This document shows, in pieces, positions 59,276 through 64,000 of a stretch of DNA of 64,000 nt. Below the pieces are notes generated by a model. The model searched no databases and was not told the origin of the DNA. It worked only from the letters and a program-made list of their open reading frames with translations. Source of the stretch: an uncultured Candidatus Saccharibacteria bacterium (lineage in GTDB: Bacteria; Patescibacteriota; Minisyncoccia; Phycocordibacterales; UBA9973); NCBI GenBank assembly GCA_964446965.1, contig CAYUQD010000002.1, positions 32,689 to 96,688 on the forward strand, in the 5' to 3' direction. The first letter of the stretch is position 1. Every line of letters begins with the position of its first letter. The position numbers and the translations under genes were made by a program.

Positions 59276-59917
59276 TCAATTCATCCCATGAAGACCACCC
59301 ATGCGTTGCAGATAATTTTGGTTGATGATCGCCTCTATCCTTTTTTCAGAAGCTGGTATCTCAACCTCAATCAAATTCCGTATTGCCGCAGAGAATGCAT
59401 TTTCAAACTCAGTCTTGTACCTTTTCAGGGTATCAGAAACTTTTCTCGATACCCGCGATATCCGTTCACCGCGTTGCTCCTGTCTTTGCATCAACAAGAA
59501 GTGTTCGCGTTCTGCTTCTTGCATAAATGCATCTGCAAGGTGAGGTGGTATCTGTGAAGGGTGAATACTGTAATAGGTAAAGAAATGTCCACGGCTGACT
59601 ATGACAAATGATCCGGCGATGTTTACCGCGATACGAGCGTATCCTGAGGTGAGGTTTTTAAATCGCTCAAGCCATTTGGCATTGCAGTCGCAGAATTCTT
59701 TGAATGCCTGGTTGAGAAGATTGTCGCACGCAGTTTCCTGCTTGCGGAATTCGTCTTCAATCATACAGACTGTTTGATAATCAAGTGCATCCTGCTTTGC
59801 GAGCGGGAAGGATGTTTCTTTGAAAAGGACAAATAGGGTCCTGATCATTTCTTTGGTTTCGCTCGCAGTTTGCTTAGCGAAATCTTCAAAATTGAAGTCA
59901 TTTGATGGTTGGCTCAT
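59276..59917 (-). CDS. Hypothetical helical protein (island)
   Basis: 213-aa ORF; promoter within palindrome 59968-59980. Confidence 0.7.
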   Translation of the reverse strand: MSQPSNDFNFEDFAKQTASETKEMIRTLFVLFKETSFPLAKQDALDYQTVCMIEDEFRKQETACDNLLNQAFKEFCDCNAKWLERFKNLTSGYARIAVNIAGSFVIVSRGHFFTYYSIHPSQIPPHLADAFMQEAEREHFLLMQRQEQRGERISRVSRKVSDTLKRYKTEFENAFSAAIRNLIEVEIPASEKRIEAIINQNYLQRMGGLHGMN

Positions 59918-59964
59918 GTCAGTATATTTAGTTTAAAAGATCAATATAAGCATAATACAACCAT

Positions 59965-59983
59965 ATATTGACTTTGTCAATAT
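59965..59983. promoter_or_regulatory. Interleaved divergent promoters
   Basis: ATATTGAC-TTT-GTCAATAT; N17 to TAATAT (+) and to TATTAT (-). Confidence 0.7.
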
Positions 59984-60013
59984 TGTATGGTAATATACGA
60001 CAAACAGAACAAT

Positions 60014-60256
60014 ATGAAAAAAGGTATCATTAATGATGTTACAAACAACGATGGGCGACCCGTAGTTGAGATCACTTGTCTTGCCGATATTGATAAGCTA
60101 AAGGAATATAAGGAGAAAAAAATAGATGTCCGGATTGTTATGCATCCCAAGACATGTACCGATCCTTATCCCAAACTTGTCGAAGCGATGACGAATCTAT
60201 TGGGAGATCCCGAAAAAATCGCACTAGCAACGACAAAGAAAGAGATAAAAAATTAA
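60014..60256 (+). CDS. Hypothetical protein (island)
   Basis: ORF with terminator 60273-60299. Confidence 0.6.
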   Translation: MKKGIINDVTNNDGRPVVEITCLADIDKLKEYKEKKIDVRIVMHPKTCTDPYPKLVEAMTNLLGDPEKIALATTKKEIKN

Positions 60257-60360
60257 TATCGCAATGCTGTTCAAAATCCGGAATATTTCCGGATTTTTTA
60301 TATGCAAATAAAAAAGGTCTAAACAGTAAATTGTTTAGACCTTGAGTAGTGTTTAATAAC

Positions 60361-60603
60361 TCATCCAATCTTTTTCTTCATTGAATGGCCAGTAGTTGCT
60401 GTTGCGTCGTTTCCGGAAATTTCCGGTACCGTTATAGCACTCCATTTATGGAACTCATCAAGTGAGCCTATAAGTTCAGGATTTTCTTGTAATAGTCCTG
60501 AAATGTTACCGTCGTTTTGATCGGCATAGGTTCCAATTTTTTGAGCCCCACTAGAGAGGTTACCGAATCCAGACGCATCAGCCCATTTTGTGTCGCTGCG
60601 CAT
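60361..60603 (-). CDS. Small Gly/Ser/Asp-rich protein
   Basis: 16 nt downstream of the 60620 ORF; terminator 60310-60343. Confidence 0.55.
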   Translation of the reverse strand: MRSDTKWADASGFGNLSSGAQKIGTYADQNDGNISGLLQENPELIGSLDEFHKWSAITVPEISGNDATATTGHSMKKKIG

Positions 60604-60619
60604 AACTTTTGAGTTTATT

Positions 60620-62209
60620 TTAAAGAAATCTTTTTGAAAGCCTGTGTTTAAATGGAAGTTTACGAATTGCCTCCTTTGCAGCCATTTTCAGCTCTGGATC
60701 GTTGTTTTTTGAGATCATAGCATTGTGTAGCGATGTCTGGCAAAAGCAATAATCCAGAATGAATGAGCTTGTACCGGTGACCCGCTCATCAATTCCTAAA
60801 GAATTAATAGCGGCAATTGCGATGTGGTAATAGCTGTCTACCGCAAAGTGTGCTTCTGGATGTACTAATACACCTGTGTCATTCCAGTGGTCGTCAATCC
60901 TGTTTAATGCTAAACAGTGATAGTACGTGTACACACAATCCTTTTTTCGCTGTAGGAAATGCTCAGGATCATTCATAAAATTCCCCAATAAGTTATCGGT
61001 TGGACCGAATAGCATATCGCTAGCGGTATTGACCTTAAAGATCTTATCAATATTCGAAGGGAATTTCTGACCCGATGTTTCTTCAAATAGAAGATCAAAT
61101 TCGCCGCTATCTACAAATGCTTCGACAATTTGTACGAAGTCTGTAAGTGGCTGCAAAAGATCTTCTAATTTTCTTGAACGAATCAAGTATTCTGAGAATA
61201 TTTGATTGATTTGGGCTACGCCCCGCTCGAGCTCCAAAGGAGCACTCGCTACGACGCTAAGTCCTGGTAGTACTTCTCTGTATTTGGAAATTTTTTGAGA
61301 GATTTTTTCCATATCCCATTCTTCAGACAGGATACCCCAGTTGAGTGAATTTGAATCAATAACAATCCATCTTCCGTCTCTTACCTGTATAACGGGACAA
61401 ACATGAAATGAATCTCTCATACCTTCCAACTCTTCCATTAGTATTCCTGCATCCAAACTGTCCATGAACTCGGGATCAGGAAATGCGATAGAGCGTCCCT
61501 CAATGTCTTGTTTGATTTCAGCAGCTTTCTTATGCTTTAGCTCATCCAAAACGTCTCGGGCAGTTCTGTTGGGAAGCATCAGTATTGTCTTAGCTCCTAC
61601 GATTTCTGCGAATGCCAGTATCATTTGTGTTTTGCCCTGGCAGTTTGCACGATTGTCATTTTTGTTCCATTTTCCGTATCCTACAGGAGCAACACTGTTG
61701 AAGCCGTCTTGATTGCTTCTCATTTCAGTTTTACGTCTGAATTCACTAAAAAGGTTCTTGGATGACATAATCGTTTTTTCCCGCTGTGCTTCCGCGTGGA
61801 ACAGGTTGTACAATTGTTTTGTAAGTTCAACTTGTTCGTTTGCGGTTGCAGACTTCCATTGTTTGGCGATCAGGTGAGCTTCGTCTGGCAAATTTTTCTT
61901 TGCAGCCGTAATAAGTGCTTTACCTAATCCACCGATCATTGCTCTCATTTCAACCCCATGACCATATTTAGAATATGTGGTGGAAGCTTCAGTGAGTGCG
62001 CAATCTTCTGAAAAAGAGTTTAATAACGTCCCGCTGACCAAATGGCCAGCGCGAAGCATCTTTCCCTCATCGGTGTCCGCTGGATACCTTGTAAGAAGTG
62101 TCTTCTGTTGTTTAAGCAGAGAAGTGTACGTTTTTGACCTCTTAAACGAGGCAAGATTTACCCCACATCCTTGTGTGAGTGCAAACTCAAATAGTTGTTC
62201 TATGTTCAT
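60620..62209 (-). CDS. Large protein with putative transglutaminase/papain-like Cys-His-Asp core
   Basis: ANCQGKTQMILAFA...FHVCPVIQVRDGRWIVID. Confidence 0.6.
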   Translation of the reverse strand: MNIEQLFEFALTQGCGVNLASFKRSKTYTSLLKQQKTLLTRYPADTDEGKMLRAGHLVSGTLLNSFSEDCALTEASTTYSKYGHGVEMRAMIGGLGKALITAAKKNLPDEAHLIAKQWKSATANEQVELTKQLYNLFHAEAQREKTIMSSKNLFSEFRRKTEMRSNQDGFNSVAPVGYGKWNKNDNRANCQGKTQMILAFAEIVGAKTILMLPNRTARDVLDELKHKKAAEIKQDIEGRSIAFPDPEFMDSLDAGILMEELEGMRDSFHVCPVIQVRDGRWIVIDSNSLNWGILSEEWDMEKISQKISKYREVLPGLSVVASAPLELERGVAQINQIFSEYLIRSRKLEDLLQPLTDFVQIVEAFVDSGEFDLLFEETSGQKFPSNIDKIFKVNTASDMLFGPTDNLLGNFMNDPEHFLQRKKDCVYTYYHCLALNRIDDHWNDTGVLVHPEAHFAVDSYYHIAIAAINSLGIDERVTGTSSFILDYCFCQTSLHNAMISKNNDPELKMAAKEAIRKLPFKHRLSKRFL

Positions 62210-62260
62210 GTTAAAGTGCTTTTTTTGGTTTAGAATTTTTCTTGATATTACAATCAATAC

Positions 62261-62273
62261 TTGACTATGTCAA
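62261..62273. promoter_or_regulatory. Interleaved divergent promoters
   Basis: TTGAC-TAT-GTCAA; TATAGT (+) and TAATAT (-) at 16-17 nt spacing. Confidence 0.7.
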
Positions 62274-62306
62274 TACATCGTGTATAGTCTTGTAAGATTG
62301 ATAAAA

Positions 62307-62738
62307 ATGAAAATATTCACTATTTCGAAAGATCAGATGCCTTCATATGTAGCTCTGTTTCTGAAACGCAAAGGAGTAACATACCGGTTCTCTTTCATTT
62401 TCTGCCCCAGGGAGCATAAGGAAGATTTTGTACTGACTTATCCGCAGGATAAATTCCCTGCCAGTGGCTCCATCGAGATTTTTATCTCCGAAGTTCCTGC
62501 AGAGTTAAGAGAAAAAGACCTTCATTCTGTTCACATTGCAACCGGTAAAGACTGGTCACCGATTGAACACTTTGTTTGCCACTATCCTGGAAAGGATCAT
62601 GATGAAGCACTTAGGATTGCAAAGTTCTGGGCACAGTACAACCTTAAATTTTTGGAAACAGGTGATACGTCAGTAGAGGCTGCCGACGTGATGAATTTCA
62701 AACTTGATGAAGATATTCAGGTAATGGAAATCAGCTAA
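62307..62738 (+). CDS. Hypothetical protein (island)
   Basis: ORF with GAAA-loop terminator 62748-62778. Confidence 0.7.
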   Translation: MKIFTISKDQMPSYVALFLKRKGVTYRFSFIFCPREHKEDFVLTYPQDKFPASGSIEIFISEVPAELREKDLHSVHIATGKDWSPIEHFVCHYPGKDHDEALRIAKFWAQYNLKFLETGDTSVEAADVMNFKLDEDIQVMEIS

Positions 62739-62953
62739 TGTGTTTACAAAGAAGTTGCGAAAGCAGCTTCTTTTTTTGCTTAATTTCTAACTTGTCATCA
62801 TCTTGTGTTAATAACTCTCCCAAACCGCTTATAGCATAAGCGGTTTTTTGCGGTCCAACTCAACTATATGACGATTACATGACCCTGTACCTATTTGGTC
62901 TGATGATTAGGGGGACCAGTCATCCTTCACTTATTCCTTTAACAACATTTAGT

Positions 62954-64000
62954 ATGACCAAACTACACTGGACAACCGTCCAAAGACGTATAAGCGACCT
63001 TGTGCCTCAGGACATCAATCCTCGTACCATTAGTGATAAGCAACTGTCAGATCTAAAGAAGAGCTTGCAGAAATATGACCTTGTCGAGATCCCCGCGATC
63101 GACCTCGATGGTCGCATCCTTGCTGGGCATCAGCGCATCAAGGTGATGCAATTGCTCGGACGAGGAGAAGAAATTATCGATGTCAGATTGCCTAACCGTA
63201 AATTGACGTATGAAGAAGCAAAGCAGTATCTGATCGCAAGCAATGCGCTTGGCGGTGATTGGGACTTCACATCTCTGAAGTCCTTCGATCTCGATATTCT
63301 CACAAGTGCAGGCTTTGATGACATTGAGCTTGCCAAATTCTGGGACGATGACAAAGAAATCAAAAATGATACCTTCGATATCGATGCAGAATTGAAAAAG
63401 ATCAAAACGCCCAAGACAAAGCTCGGAGATATTATCAGACTCGGCAAACACAAGATCATCTGTGGAGACAGTACTAAACCAGAGACACTTACGCGACTGC
63501 TTGGAGATGACCGCGCAAGCATGATCTACAGTGATCCCGTTTATAACATTTCCGTGGACTACCGAGGGGGTATTGGCGGAAAGAAGGACTATGGCGGAGA
63601 CGTAAATGACACTCGCACCTATGACGAGTACAAGAAATTCATCGCCGACAGTCTCACTGCATCACTTGCCGTATCACATCAAGATACACATGTCTTCTAC
63701 TACTGCGACCAGATATTCATAGGGTTGGTGCAAGATGTATACCGCTCACTGGGCATTGCAAACAAGCGTGTATGTCTATGGCTCAAGAACTCACAGAATT
63801 GCGTGCCTAAAGTGTTTTGCAACAAAGCATACGAGCCTGCCGTCTATGGCACGCGCGGACGACCACATCTTGCACCCTCTATGACTTCACTCACTGAAGT
63901 ATTGAATCCAGAATTCGGTACTGGTAACGAACTCCTCGAACAAGTAGATGAATTCATTGAAATCTGGACTGCAAAACGACTTTCCGCAAAGGATTACGAA
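62954..64000 (+). CDS. ParB-like N-terminal domain fused to N6/N4 DNA methyltransferase (truncated at window end)
   Basis: Manual translation: INPRTIS, ILAGHQRIK, LGKHKIICGDST, MIYSDPVYN. Confidence 0.85.
   Translation, partial: MTKLHWTTVQRRISDLVPQDINPRTISDKQLSDLKKSLQKYDLVEIPAIDLDGRILAGHQRIKVMQLLGRGEEIIDVRLPNRKLTYEEAKQYLIASNALGGDWDFTSLKSFDLDILTSAGFDDIELAKFWDDDKEIKNDTFDIDAELKKIKTPKTKLGDIIRLGKHKIICGDSTKPETLTRLLGDDRASMIYSDPVYNISVDYRGGIGGKKDYGGDVNDTRTYDEYKKFIADSLTASLAVSHQDTHVFYYCDQIFIGLVQDVYRSLGIANKRVCLWLKNSQNCVPKVFCNKAYEPAVYGTRGRPHLAPSMTSLTEVLNPEFGTGNELLEQVDEFIEIWTAKRLSAKDYE

Noticed and set aside
56400-62850. Classical integron cassette array
   Set aside because: No conserved attC ends or intI; genes lie on both strands and have their own promoters.
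1-64000. CRISPR array, rRNA, transposase or integrase
   Set aside because: No regularly spaced repeats or recognisable motifs were seen.

Overview
A core-genome segment of a reduced bacterium using genetic code 11. Gene content and short enzyme variants point to Patescibacteria/CPR, probably Parcubacteria (inference). The backbone runs rnr, rpsP-khpA-trmD, rpoB-rpoC-dnaG-rpoD, tsf-rpsB, proS-mreBC-tgt, uvrB/uvrA/nth/uvrC, leuS, murJ, lepA, valS and tsaD, with three tRNAs (Thr, Arg, Phe). About 12 AT-rich islets interrupt it. Most hold one or two orphan genes between a TTGAC(A/T) sigma70-type promoter and an intrinsic terminator, and their codon usage and leaders differ from the largely leaderless core genes. 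From ~56.4 kb the same units are stacked into an island that ends in a ParB-like/DNA-methyltransferase gene. Strongest leads: (1) an NYN nuclease unit flanked by a diverged duplicate of the tgt 3' end and carrying an antisense promoter plus hairpin; (2) an 18-bp direct repeat bracketing one cassette; (3) a structured ncRNA candidate in the usual rimM slot; (4) a transglutaminase-like gene, a small Gly-ending peptide and a possible E2-like gene sharing a palindromic divergent promoter. All calls are by eye; no searches were run.
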